DNA from: an uncultured Candidatus Rokubacteria bacterium
GTDB lineage: Bacteria; Methylomirabilota; Methylomirabilia; Rokubacteriales; CSP1-6
Reading direction: 5' to 3'
DNA length: 64,000 bases
Assembly: GCA_963758635.1 (NCBI GenBank)
Contig: CAVWWD010000008.1
Span: forward strand, 128,001 to 192,000
Shown here piece after piece: positions 53,551 to 63,626 of the stretch; positions within the stretch are counted from its first letter, which is position 1; every line of letters begins with the position of its first letter. A model generated the notes under the pieces. It saw only the letters and a list, made by a program, of their open reading frames with translations. It was not told the origin of the DNA and did not search any database. Made by a program: the position numbers and the translations under genes.

Positions 53551-54840
53551 CTACCGGGTCTTGCGGCGGGAGCCGGAGACGGACAGGCGCTTGGCGGGGG
53601 CGCGGGAGGCGCGGGGCTCGCCGGTCGGGCGATGGCCGGCGGGGACGACGCAGCGGGCCGGATCGGCCTCGGCGAGCACCACCGGCCGGTGGCCGGTGTG
53701 GACGTACTCCGCGATGAGCTGTCCGGCCATGGGACCGCGGCCGAAGCCCGAGGAGGCGAGGCCGGTGACGATGAACAGATCGGGCAGGGCCAGAATTCGG
53801 CCGATGATCGGTTCGCCGTCCAGCGGGAACGGCATGAGCCCGGCCCACGTCCGGCGCACCGGGAGCTGGCCGAGGAACGGCAGGACCTCGCCCGCGTGCC
53901 GCTTGTTCTCGTCCACGCCCGCCGGATCCGGTGAGGTGTCGTAGCCGACCGTCTCGCGGTCGCCGCCGAAGATGATCTCGCCCGTGCGGGTCTGGCGGCC
54001 GTAGAGGTGGCGGGTGATCCGCGCGCCTTTCCTGTGCGTCAGCTCGGGTGGCGTGTCCACGTCTCCCTCGGGATGGCGGTGCCAGTCGAGCGCGGACTCC
54101 GTGGACGAGATGACCTGGAACATGCATGGCGGGACGGGGTCGCTGGCCCACATCTGGCCGCGCACGGGCACGATCGGGATGTCGAGCCCGAGCATGCGTC
54201 CCACCTCGGCGCACCACGCTCCCGCCGCGATCACGAGCGTGCCGGCATGGAGCTCGCCGTGCGGCGTCTCGATCCGGTATCCCGCGCCCGTCGGCGCCAG
54301 CGCGAGCACCTGGTGACCGGTGAGGATGCGCGCGCCGGCGGCGGCGGCGACCTGCGCGAAGGCCCGCGTGGCCTTCTTCGGATCGGCCTGGGCCCGGAGC
54401 GGAGAGTGGACGGCGCCCAGGAGCTCGGGCGACATCGCGGGCTCGATGCTCCGCGCCTCGCGGATGCTCAGGAGCTCCACGGTGTAGCCGTCGGCCCGGA
54501 GGGCCTGCACCTGGTCGCGCGCGAACTCGTACTGCGCCTCGGTCTGGATGGCCTGGAGTGCCCCCGACTGCCGGAACTCGATGTCCTGCTCCAGGTCCAG
54601 CTCGAGGCTCCTGAAGATCTCGAGGCTGCCCGTGGTGAGCGTGGCCTGGAGGTCGGGGATGCGGCCCCAGCCCAGCGCGCCGATCGAGCCCGCGTTGACG
54701 CCCGACGCCTCGGAGGCGATCTCTCCCCGCTCGAGCAGGGCGACGTCGCGCCCGGCTCGCGCGAGGTGATACGCGGCGGACGTGCCGGCGATGCCACCGC
54801 CGACGACTGCGATCTCGGCCCGTCCCGGAGAGCGGCTCAT
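53551..54840 (-). CDS. FAD-dependent oxidoreductase, DAO/sarcosine oxidase beta family
   Basis: VVGGGIAG, ASGVNAG, PIVPVRGQ, WAGLMPF, GFGRGPMAG. Confidence 0.88.
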   Translation of the reverse strand: MSRSPGRAEIAVVGGGIAGTSAAYHLARAGRDVALLERGEIASEASGVNAGSIGALGWGRIPDLQATLTTGSLEIFRSLELDLEQDIEFRQSGALQAIQTEAQYEFARDQVQALRADGYTVELLSIREARSIEPAMSPELLGAVHSPLRAQADPKKATRAFAQVAAAAGARILTGHQVLALAPTGAGYRIETPHGELHAGTLVIAAGAWCAEVGRMLGLDIPIVPVRGQMWASDPVPPCMFQVISSTESALDWHRHPEGDVDTPPELTHRKGARITRHLYGRQTRTGEIIFGGDRETVGYDTSPDPAGVDENKRHAGEVLPFLGQLPVRRTWAGLMPFPLDGEPIIGRILALPDLFIVTGLASSGFGRGPMAGQLIAEYVHTGHRPVVLAEADPARCVVPAGHRPTGEPRASRAPAKRLSVSGSRRKTR

Positions 54841-54916
54841 GGATGCGGCATCCTATCACGCCCGCGGAGGACCCGGCGGCGTGGAGCGCCGCTCGTCGCG
54901 GAACGGCGGTCGATGG

Positions 54917-56179
54917 TCAGCTGGCGTCCCTCGGCAGCAGCGGCTGGAGCTCGCGATGGAGCAGCTCGGCCATGAGCCGGTGGCCCTCCGTGGTGAAGTG
55001 GCACTCGTCGGAGAAGAGGTCCTGCCGGCCTTCGAACGCCCGCTGCACGTCGACGGCGGGGATACCGGCGTTGCGCGCCACTCGACGGAGCGCCTCGTTG
55101 TACTTCGGCACGTCGCGCCGCCACGTGGGGTTGTCCTGGATCTCCCGCGGCGTCGCCCGGTGCGGGCGGGTGAGGAGGACCACGGTGGCGCCGTGCCGCT
55201 TCCCCTCCTCGCCGAACGCGGCGAGGTTCGTCGCGTAGTCCGCGAGGGAGACGCGCGGCTCCGTTCCCGCGCTGGCCTGAGGCGCCGCGGTGAGCTGGTG
55301 ACGCAGCATAAGGTAGAAGCGGTAGCGAAGGAGCCCCCGCTGCACCGGCGCCAGCGGGCTGACCTGGAAATCCTTGTCCGGCTTCCCGAGCGCTTCGGGG
55401 AGATCGTTCCATCCGAACGAGACCAGGACCACGTCGGGCTGGTAGCGGCGGGCCTCCTGCCGGAACCGCCTGAGTCCCTGCAACGACGAGTAGCCGCTGA
55501 CGCCGGCGTTCAGCACCTGGACGCGGCGGCGGATCCCGTTCTCCAGCAGGCGCTGGAGCTCCGCCGGCCAGCCGCCCTGATCCGGGCCGTCGGTGTTGGA
55601 GTCGCCGTACGCCATGATGCGCAGCACACGGGGCGGCTTGGGGACCTCCACGAGCGGGCCCTTGAACCGTTGCGCGGTGTAGGGGGCGACGGGCAGCGGA
55701 CGCCAGAAGAGCACGGGATCTGGCTCGCGGTAGCTATCCACCGTGATGTGGAAGCGGCGCCAGTCCTCGCTGAGGCCTCCGGTGTCCGCGGCCACGGTGC
55801 GGAAGGGCACGTAGTAGGAGACGAGCCCGGTGTCGGTCAGGACCTGCGCCGCCAGCTCCAGCGCGCCGAAGGGGATCACCACTGAGAGGCTCGCGACCAC
55901 CGCGGCCTGGGCGGCGCCGTGCTCGAGGCGGCGGGCCAGCCGCTGCGCGCGCTCGCGGGTGAGGAGGAACGGCAGGGCGAGCAGCAGGAAGAGGACGACG
56001 GCCAGAACGTTGCCGCCGTTGCGCGACAGGAACGGGAACGACAGGCCCACCGCCCCCGCGACCGTCGAGACCACGACGGCCACGGCGAGTGCCGATCGCG
56101 CGCCGTGCATGACGCCTGCGTGGAGCGTCGCCAGCACGGGCACGACGAGAGCGAGCGACGCCAGCGCGGTGCGGCTCAT
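54917..56179 (-). CDS. Membrane-anchored SGNH/GDSL hydrolase family protein
   Basis: N-terminal TM helices; GDSNT, NAGVSGYSS, GWND, DECH. Confidence 0.85.
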   Translation of the reverse strand: MSRTALASLALVVPVLATLHAGVMHGARSALAVAVVVSTVAGAVGLSFPFLSRNGGNVLAVVLFLLLALPFLLTRERAQRLARRLEHGAAQAAVVASLSVVIPFGALELAAQVLTDTGLVSYYVPFRTVAADTGGLSEDWRRFHITVDSYREPDPVLFWRPLPVAPYTAQRFKGPLVEVPKPPRVLRIMAYGDSNTDGPDQGGWPAELQRLLENGIRRRVQVLNAGVSGYSSLQGLRRFRQEARRYQPDVVLVSFGWNDLPEALGKPDKDFQVSPLAPVQRGLLRYRFYLMLRHQLTAAPQASAGTEPRVSLADYATNLAAFGEEGKRHGATVVLLTRPHRATPREIQDNPTWRRDVPKYNEALRRVARNAGIPAVDVQRAFEGRQDLFSDECHFTTEGHRLMAELLHRELQPLLPRDAS

Positions 56180-56287
56180 CGGCCCATCATCTCCCTGCGG
56201 AGGCCAGTGGGTATGGGCGCGGCCTCGTCGAGGACCCGCAACGCCATCCGGTACGTCGGCCGATGGAGGTCCTCGGCGGATGTATAG

Positions 56288-56476
56288 CACGTCATCTACC
56301 ACGGGCGCACCGCGTACGAGGACGAGGAGGCCGCCGACAGCGACCGCCTCCTCCTGTGCCTGTGGCTGTCGGTGCCGAACAGCCGGCCGCTGCCGGCGGG
56401 CTTCGACGTGCTGTGGGGGAGCATCGAGGCCGGCGCCCTGCGGGGCGGGATCGCCCAGACCGCCGCTCGCGGCTGA
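56288..56476 (+). pseudogene. TauD/TfdA-type dioxygenase C-terminal remnant
   Basis: HVIYHGRTAYED...DRLLLCLWLSVPNSRPLP...GALRGGI; no upstream coding part. Confidence 0.65.
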
Positions 56477-56591
56477 GCGCCGGATTCCCGCGGGGCGGAG
56501 GGGCGCGCCGGACCGAAGGGGCTGCGGCTGACGGAAGGGGAGGCTGACGGTGTCGCGCGTTCCCGCGCGGAGGCCGTGCTAGACTTCGCGC

Positions 56592-57026
56592 GTGACGCGC
56601 GCTGTCTCCACCCACGAGCGCCTCGACAGCGACGAGGAGATCAAGGGCTCCTCGAACCGGGCCTTCGGGCTGGTGATGGGCGCCGCCTTCGCCATCGGCG
56701 GGCTGGCTCCGCTGGTCCGCGGTCACGCGCCGCGCTGGTGGTGTCTGGGCGTGGCCGTCGCGTTCCTCCTGGCCGCCCTGGTGTGGCCCGCCGTGCTCGC
56801 GCCCCTCAACCGCCTCTGGCTCGCCTTCGGTCTCCTGCTGCACCGCATCGTGAGCCCGGTGGTCATGGGCCTGGTGTTCTACGGCGTGGTGACGCCGATC
56901 GGGCTCCTCATGCGACTCGCGGGCAAGGACCTGCTCCGCCTGCGGCTGGACCGGTCCGGCCCGAGCTACTGGATCGAGCGCCAGCCTCCCGGCCCGGCTC
57001 CCGACTCCATGCCGAGGCAGTTCTAA
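56592..57026 (+). CDS. SxtJ family membrane protein
   Basis: SSNRAFGLV...LAPLNRLWLAFG...VTPIGLLMRLAGKDLL...SYWIER. Confidence 0.88.
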   Translation: MTRAVSTHERLDSDEEIKGSSNRAFGLVMGAAFAIGGLAPLVRGHAPRWWCLGVAVAFLLAALVWPAVLAPLNRLWLAFGLLLHRIVSPVVMGLVFYGVVTPIGLLMRLAGKDLLRLRLDRSGPSYWIERQPPGPAPDSMPRQF

Positions 57027-57028
57027 GC

Positions 57029-57181
57029 ATGCTGTCGTTCGTCTCCGAGCTCTGGGCCTTCGTCCGGGTGCGGAAGAAGTACTGGCTGGTGCCGATCCTC
57101 GTGATGCTCGCGCTGTTCGGCGGGCTCATCATCCTCACGCAGGGCAGCGCGGTGGCGCCCTTCATCTACACCCTGTTCTGA
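57029..57181 (+). CDS. DUF5989 / SxtK-like small membrane protein
   Basis: ELWAFVRVRKKYWLVPI...QGSAVAPFIYTLF. Confidence 0.88.
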   Translation: MLSFVSELWAFVRVRKKYWLVPILVMLALFGGLIILTQGSAVAPFIYTLF

Positions 57182-57219
57182 CATGAACCCTGCGTCTGAC
57201 ATGAACCGCCGGCTCTGAC

Positions 57220-59055
57220 ATGCGCATCCTGGGACTCTCGGCCTTCTACCACGACAGCGCCGCCGCCCTGGTGGAGGACGGCCGCATCGTGGCCGCGGCC
57301 CAGGAGGAGCGGTTCACGCGCAAGAAGCACGACGCGCGCTTCCCGAAGCACGCCATCGAGTACTGCCTGGCCGAGGCGGGGATCCGGCTGGACCAGGTCG
57401 ACCACGTCGCGTTCTACGACAAGCCGTTCCTCAAGTTCGAGCGGCTGCTCGAGACGTACCTGGCCTTCGCGCCGCGCGGCTTCCGGTCGTTCTCGATGGC
57501 CATTCCGGTCTGGCTCAAGGAGAAGCTCTTCCAGAAGAGCCTCCTCGTGCGCGAGCTCAAGGCGTTCGCGCCCGACTACGACTGGGACCAGCGGCTCCTG
57601 TTCGCCGAGCACCACCAGAGCCACGCGGCCAGCGCGTTCTTCGCCTCGCCGTTCGACGAGGCGGTGGTCCTCACCATGGACGGGGTGGGGGAGTGGGCCA
57701 CCACCTCGCTGGGCGTCGGCTCGGGGAACCGGCTCGAGATGCTGCGGGAGATCCACTTCCCGCACTCGCTCGGCCTGCTCTACTCGGCCTTCACCTACTA
57801 CACCGGCTTCAAGGTGAACTCCGGCGAGTACAAGGTGATGGGCCTGGCGCCCTACGGGGAGCCGAAGCACGCCCAGCTCATCCTCGACCGGCTCGTCGAC
57901 CTGAAGCCGGACGGCTCGTTCCGGCTCGATCTCTCGTACTTCAACTACTGCACCGGCCTCACGATGACCAACGAGCGCTTCGACGCGCTCTTCGGCGGGC
58001 CGCCGCGCGGCCCCGACCAGCTCCTGACCCAGCACCACATGGACCTGGCCGCGTCGATCCAGGCGGTGACCGACGAGGTCGTGCTGCGGCTGACCCGGTC
58101 AGCGGTGACCGCCACCGGGCGCGAGAACCTGTGCCTGGCCGGCGGCGTGGCGCTGAACTGCGTGGCCAACGGCAAGGTCTGGCGAGACGGCCGCGTCAAG
58201 GGCCTCTGGGTGCAGCCCGCGGCGGGCGACGCGGGCGGCGCGCTCGGCGCCGCGCTCTGCGGCTACCATCTGTTCCGCGGCCAGCCGCGGTCGGTGTCGG
58301 GCCAGCTCGACGCCATGCAGGGCGCGTATCTCGGCCCGGCGTTCCCGCAGGCGGAGATCGAGGCCCGGCTCGGCGCCGCCGGCGCGCGCTTCTCGGTGCT
58401 GGGCGAGCGCGCCCTGATCGACACCGCGGTGGACGCGCTCGCCGACGGCCGCGCGCTGGGCTGGTTCCAGGGGCGCATGGAGTTCGGCCCGCGCGCGCTG
58501 GGCGCCCGCTCGATCCTGGGCGACGCGCGCTCGCCCAGCATGCAGTCGGTGCTGAACCTCAAGGTGAAGTATCGCGAGTCGTTCCGCCCGTTCGCCCCCT
58601 CGGTGCTCCGCGAGGACCTCGAGGAGTGGTTCGACCTGGACACGGACAGCCCGTACATGCTGCTGGTCGCCGACGTGGCCAAGCGGCACCGGCGCGAGAT
58701 GACGTCGGCGGAGCAGGCGCTCTTCGGGATCGACAAGCTCAACGTGCCGCGCTCGAGCATTCCCGCGGTGACGCACGTGGACTACTCGGCGCGCATCCAG
58801 ACCGTGCACCGCGAGACCAACCCGCGCTACCACGCCCTCATCGAGGCCTTCCGCGCGCGCACCGGCTGCCCGGTGATCGTGAACACGAGCTTCAACGTGC
58901 GCGGCGAGCCCATCGTGTGCACGCCGGAGGACGCCTTCCGCTGCTTCATGGGGACGGAGATCGAGGCGCTCGCCATCGGTGACTGCTTCCTGAGGAAGGA
59001 AGAGCAGGACCCCGCCAAGAAGCTCGACTACCGCACCGCGTTCTCCCCCGACTGA
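57220..59055 (+). CDS. O-carbamoyltransferase (NodU/CmcH/SxtI family)
   Basis: ILGLSAFYHDSAAAL, QEERFTRKKH, EHHQSHAASAF, EYKVMGLAPYG, KYRESFRPFAP, NTSFNVRGEP. Confidence 0.95.
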   Translation: MRILGLSAFYHDSAAALVEDGRIVAAAQEERFTRKKHDARFPKHAIEYCLAEAGIRLDQVDHVAFYDKPFLKFERLLETYLAFAPRGFRSFSMAIPVWLKEKLFQKSLLVRELKAFAPDYDWDQRLLFAEHHQSHAASAFFASPFDEAVVLTMDGVGEWATTSLGVGSGNRLEMLREIHFPHSLGLLYSAFTYYTGFKVNSGEYKVMGLAPYGEPKHAQLILDRLVDLKPDGSFRLDLSYFNYCTGLTMTNERFDALFGGPPRGPDQLLTQHHMDLAASIQAVTDEVVLRLTRSAVTATGRENLCLAGGVALNCVANGKVWRDGRVKGLWVQPAAGDAGGALGAALCGYHLFRGQPRSVSGQLDAMQGAYLGPAFPQAEIEARLGAAGARFSVLGERALIDTAVDALADGRALGWFQGRMEFGPRALGARSILGDARSPSMQSVLNLKVKYRESFRPFAPSVLREDLEEWFDLDTDSPYMLLVADVAKRHRREMTSAEQALFGIDKLNVPRSSIPAVTHVDYSARIQTVHRETNPRYHALIEAFRARTGCPVIVNTSFNVRGEPIVCTPEDAFRCFMGTEIEALAIGDCFLRKEEQDPAKKLDYRTAFSPD

Positions 59056-59152
59056 CCCCCGGGGTCAGACCTTCGCTGCCGCCGCCGCGCAACGTTGGGA
59101 TCAGACCCTCGCGTTGCGGTCAGGCGAGCAACATCGGGGTCAGGCACTCGCG
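59052..59152. repeat. REP-like cluster (GGGGTCAGACC / GGGGTCAGGCAC family) between convergent genes
   Basis: ctgacccccggggtcag palindrome; gcaacatcggggtcaggcactcgcg is the reverse complement of the 53428 unit. Confidence 0.7.
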
Positions 59153-59179
59153 CACCGTCCGCTCTGACTGGATCGTCGC

Positions 59180-60157
59180 TCAGGCGATCGCCGCGTTCGA
59201 CCGCGCCCACTCCACGTAGGCAGCGAGACCGCCGGCCAGGTCGTGGCGCGGCACCCATCCCAGGTCCTGCCGGAGGCGGTCCACGGAGAGCGGCCCGCGC
59301 GCCGGGCTGGCGCTCCACGGTGACGCCTCGGCGGGGCGGCGTGCGATCGCGAGCGACGGGACGAGCCGGCCGAGCGCGGCGAGCGCCTCGTCCGCGGAGG
59401 TGAGGCGGCCCCAGCCCACGTTGTACACGTCGTGCGGGAGCCGGTCCGCGAGCAACACCGCTGCGATGCCGCTGCCGATGTCGGGCGCGTACACCCAGTC
59501 GCGCGGAGGGACGGCCTGGCCCAGGACCACGGCGGGCGCGCCGCGCACCGCCGCCACCGTCCACTCCCGCAGCGGCGACAGGAGCGGGCGCGAGCCGGTG
59601 TCGCGCTCGAACGGGCCGAACGGCGAGGCCAGGCGGGTCGCCGCCACGTCCAGCCCGTGCGCGCGTCCGAACCGCCGCGCGAGCGCCTCCGCGGCCCACT
59701 TGGTGATCGCGTAGAGCCCCTCCGGGTTCGCGGGGTCGTCCTCGGTGATGACGCGCAGGTCCGGCCGCGGCCCGTAGATGCTCCCGCTCGACACCACCAC
59801 GACGCGGCCGGCGCCCGCCCGCCGCGCCGCCTCGAGCACGTTCAGCGTGCCCGTGACGTTCACGTCGGCGGTGGCCAGGAACCGCGCGCGCTCCACGTCG
59901 GGCGGGATGCTGGTGAGGGCGGCGCCGTGGACGATCCGCGCGGGCCCGGTCTCGGCGATGAGCCGCGCCGTCGCGTCCCGGTCCGTCACGTCGATCTGGC
60001 GGAACTCCACCCGCCCGCGAAGATTGCCGAGGAACCCGCGGAGGGCGGGGTGGGGTGGGTTCAGGTCGGCGGCGAGGACGTCGTGGCCCTCCTCGGCGAG
60101 GTGACGGACGACGTTGGCGATGACGAATCCGGTGGCGCCGGTGAGCAGGATGGTCAT
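59180..60157 (-). CDS. NAD-dependent epimerase/dehydratase
   Basis: TGATGFV, SSGSIYG, YAITK. Confidence 0.88.
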   Translation of the reverse strand: MTILLTGATGFVIANVVRHLAEEGHDVLAADLNPPHPALRGFLGNLRGRVEFRQIDVTDRDATARLIAETGPARIVHGAALTSIPPDVERARFLATADVNVTGTLNVLEAARRAGAGRVVVVSSGSIYGPRPDLRVITEDDPANPEGLYAITKWAAEALARRFGRAHGLDVAATRLASPFGPFERDTGSRPLLSPLREWTVAAVRGAPAVVLGQAVPPRDWVYAPDIGSGIAAVLLADRLPHDVYNVGWGRLTSADEALAALGRLVPSLAIARRPAEASPWSASPARGPLSVDRLRQDLGWVPRHDLAGGLAAYVEWARSNAAIA

Positions 60158-61515
60158 GGGATGGTGCACGCCACCAGGTCGCGCGCGTCCGCCACGGTGT
60201 CGAGCCGATCCACGAGATCGATGAGGCGCTCGCCTGCCTCCCGCGGCAGCGGCGTGGCGCCGTATCCCCAGCAGCGGCGGAACTTGTCCAGGTGTTGCGC
60301 GCGGGACAGCGGCCGCTCGGGGTGCCCGAGCACCTGGTCCAGGCGGACCTCGTGGCGCCGTCCGCCCGCCAGCTCCACGAGGACGGTCTGGGGCACCAGC
60401 GCGTTCTCGTCCGGATTGCCGTCGGAGGCAACCTCCACGCGCGCGGCCAGCTCGTGGGTCCGCGGGTCGGCGAGGCGGTCGCCGCGGAAGTCCGGCACGT
60501 CGACCCCTCCGCGCAGGAGCGCGGTGGCGGCGACGAAGGGCAGGCAGAGCCGCGCATAGCTTGGCGCGGGCGCCGGGACGTTGGGGCGCCCCACGAGACG
60601 AAGCACGAGCGGCGGCACGCGCGCGACGACGCGCGACACGTCGGCCGCGGCGAAGCCGTGCGCGGCCTGGAGGGTGCGGAGCCCGTCCACCGCGCCGTGG
60701 GTGAGGCGCCCGCTCGGGAACGGCTTGTGGGCGAGCTCCGCCACGCGCCAGACCTTGCCCAGCTCGCGGAGCGCCGGCTCCACGTCGTACGCGTCGCCCT
60801 CGAAGAGCCGGAAGTAACCGTAGCGCCCCTCCAGCACCTCGCGCGGCCCGCTCACGCCCGCGCGCGCCAGGTCCACCGCGGTGACCGCGGCGCGCGCGGC
60901 GAACCCGATCTGGAGCGCGAGGAGCGGGGAGCCCTCCACGTGGGGCTGGAGCGTGCCGGAGATCTGGCCGTAGGCGAGCCCGAACGCGCTCGTCAGCGTG
61001 GCGGCGTCGAGTCCGCCGAGCTTGCCGAGCGCGGCCACGGCGCCGAACGTGCCCGCCGTGGCCGGCCGGAAGAAGCGCATGGCGCCTCGCGCGGCGAGGC
61101 CGAGGGTGGCCGCCACGTCGACGCCCGCGGCGATCGCGGTGATCACGTCGGCGCCGGTCGCGCCACCGCGGCGTTCGACGTCGGCGAGGAGCGCCGCGCA
61201 GAGCGTCGCCATCGCGTGGACCACGGCGCCTTCGTGCACGCAGTCGTACTCGAGGCCGTGCGTGCGGTGCGCGTTGACCAGGGCGGCGGCGGGCGCGGGC
61301 AGGCGCACCGTCGTGCCCCACACCGCGCTGTCCGTGCCCGTGCCCCAGCCGCGCGCGGTGTCGAGCACGGTGGCCGACACCGCCTCGCCGCCGCCGGCGA
61401 TGCCTACGCCGATGCTGTCGAGCAGGAACGTCTTCGCCGCGGCGACCGCCGCCGGCGACAGGTCGCTCGGCGACAGCGTGACGACGTGCTCCGTGAGCCT
61501 CTCGATGGGATCCAC
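60154..61515 (-). CDS. MmgE/PrpD family protein
   Basis: LLDSIGVGIAG, AALVNA...EYDCVH, HKPFPSGRLTH. Confidence 0.88.
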   Translation of the reverse strand: MDPIERLTEHVVTLSPSDLSPAAVAAAKTFLLDSIGVGIAGGGEAVSATVLDTARGWGTGTDSAVWGTTVRLPAPAAALVNAHRTHGLEYDCVHEGAVVHAMATLCAALLADVERRGGATGADVITAIAAGVDVAATLGLAARGAMRFFRPATAGTFGAVAALGKLGGLDAATLTSAFGLAYGQISGTLQPHVEGSPLLALQIGFAARAAVTAVDLARAGVSGPREVLEGRYGYFRLFEGDAYDVEPALRELGKVWRVAELAHKPFPSGRLTHGAVDGLRTLQAAHGFAAADVSRVVARVPPLVLRLVGRPNVPAPAPSYARLCLPFVAATALLRGGVDVPDFRGDRLADPRTHELAARVEVASDGNPDENALVPQTVLVELAGGRRHEVRLDQVLGHPERPLSRAQHLDKFRRCWGYGATPLPREAGERLIDLVDRLDTVADARDLVACTIP

Positions 61516-61570
61516 GTCGCCGGTGCTCGCTACGGCCGCGTCGCCGCCGTCACGTCTGTCGCGCGAGGGC

Positions 61571-61718
61571 GGGGGCGGCGGGGAGGCAGCTGGGGTCGCG
61601 GAACCACGCCGCACGCGTGCGCTGCCCCGCTGGGACTGGGCTCCATCCGGGCGCCCGGGGTCCGAAGACCGATGGAGGGGAAGGGCCCCGCGACCCCAGC
61701 TGCCTCCCCACCGCCCCC
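61571..61718. repeat. Long inverted repeat (MITE/REP-like), intergenic
   Basis: 31-bp arms 61571-61601 and 61688-61718 with one mismatch; similar half-site near 63461-63479. Confidence 0.78.
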
Positions 61719-61766
61719 ACGTCATTCGCCATCGACGTCACTTCGGTCACGGCAACGGCAACCGGC

Positions 61767-62896
61767 TCAGCCGCCGGCCATCGACAGGGCGGCGCGCGCC
61801 ACGCGCAGGGGGCTCGTGTCGCGCTGGGCCCAGTCCGCGTCGTGGAAGGCTTCCGAGATCTTCTCGAGGGGGTAGACGTGGAGACGATGCGCTCGAACGG
61901 AAAGCGGTGGAGGTTGCGCCGCAGGAAGGCGAGGGCCTCGGCGAGCGCCCACGGCGAGTAGTTCGACGTGGCGACGAGGCGCGCGCTGGCCCGCACCAGC
62001 GCGGTGGCGTCGTACGAGAAGACGTTGCCGGGCGCGATGCTGCCCACCTCGAGGTAGCAGCCGCCGCTCCGGAGCATGCGCAGGCCCTCGGGCACGACTT
62101 CCGGGTAGCCGACGAAGTCGGCGACCACGTCGGCGCCGAAGCCACCGGTGAGGTCCATCACCGCCTGCACTCGGCGCTCGGGGGTGGCGAGGTCGTCCAG
62201 CGACAGCGCGTGGTCGGCGCCGAAGGCGCGCGCCAGCGCGAGGCGCTCGACGATGCGGTCGAGGACGATGATGCGGTCGGCGCCCATGTCGCGCGCCACC
62301 GCCACCGCGTTGAGGCCGAGCCCGCCGGCGCCCTGGATGACCACGCAGTGGCCGAAGCCGAGGCCCGCGCGCGACAGGCCGTAGAGCACCTGGGACAGCG
62401 CGCAGTTGGCGGGCGTGGCGATGTCGTCGGGGACCTCGTCGGGAAGCCGGAAGATGCTGTGGTTCGGCCGGAGGTAGTAGTAGTCCCCGTACGCGTTGTT
62501 GAAGTAGGGCGGCGTGCCCGCCACGCGGTTGGCGCGCGCCTTCCGGGGACAGGCGCCCGGCTCGCCGTGCAGGCAGACCGGGCAGCGCCCGCAGGGAAAG
62601 AAGTAGCAGAACGTCACGCGGTCGCCCTCGCGCAGCGGCGCCCCCAGGGAGTCGGTGGAGACGCCGGCGCCGAGGCGCTCCACGCGCCCGCACATCTCGT
62701 GCCCGAACGTGAGGTTGGCGGGCACGGCGCCGTACACCTCCTTCATCTCGCCGCGCCAGATGTGGAGGTCGGAGCCGCAGATGCCCGCGCGCGTCAGCGT
62801 CACCAAAATGGCACCCGGCTCGGGATCCGGCACCGGGTACTCGCGCAACTCGAACTCACCGCCGTAGGCCCGCAGCACCGCCACTCGACCGTTCAT
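61767..62896 (-). CDS. Zinc-binding alcohol dehydrogenase (frameshift ~61880)
   Basis: GICGSDLH, GHEMCG, CGRCPVC...C, GAGGLG. Confidence 0.9.
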
Positions 62897-63019
62897 CGCG
62901 CGCCCTCCCCAGAGGGACGGCTCGGCGGCCGCTCCCGCTGTCGCTGCGGAAGCGTGGCATCGGGTGCGCGTGCCGTCAAGGGTCGGAGCCGCGAGATACA
63001 GCGTGATACACTGCGCCGC

Positions 63020-63388
63020 ATGTCCGCCACGCCGCTCCGCGCTCCCGACGGCGACAACCCGGCCACGCCTCCCTCCGACCCGCGCTTCACCAAGGTCGCG
63101 AACTGCGATCTCTGTCGCGCCGCCCGCATCACGCCCTGGTTCCACGAGGACGAGATCTGCTGGGTGGCCGAGTGCGAGATCTGCGAGACCCCGATGGTCG
63201 TGTGGCGCTATCACGGCGTGGACCCGCCCGCCGACCATCGCGAGCACATGCGCGCGCGCCTGACCGAGGTGGCCACCCGGGAGTTCGGCGAGTTCTACGT
63301 GGACGACCACATGCGCAACATCCCGGATCACTACCACGCTCACGGCCGCCCCAAGGGCGGGTTCTTCGGACGCGACGCGCGCCGCTGA
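63020..63388 (+). CDS. HIT-like small metal-binding protein
   Basis: CDLC, CEIC, IPDHYHAH. Confidence 0.65.
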   Translation: MSATPLRAPDGDNPATPPSDPRFTKVANCDLCRAARITPWFHEDEICWVAECEICETPMVVWRYHGVDPPADHREHMRARLTEVATREFGEFYVDDHMRNIPDHYHAHGRPKGGFFGRDARR

Positions 63389-63626
63389 GCGCCTTTCCAG
63401 CAGTCCCGCCCATATCTGGGATATCATCCCCGGTCGGGGCGCCTGTCTCTCTCGGGCCCCGGGGGAGGCAGGGGGTCGCTACAAGGAGTGACGTAAACCT
63501 TGACAATCCGTGGCGGCCGGACTGTGCCTCGCGAGCCCGGACGCTAATCGGTGCGGCTACTTGCGCGGCTGGCACCGTTCTTCCAACAGGAAGCCAGGTG
63601 AGCGTTTTTCCGACAGGACCAGCGAC

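Noticed and set aside
56592..59055. Saxitoxin biosynthesis cluster
   Set aside because: Only the widespread sxtI/J/K-like module is present; no sxtA, sxtG or other core genes in the window
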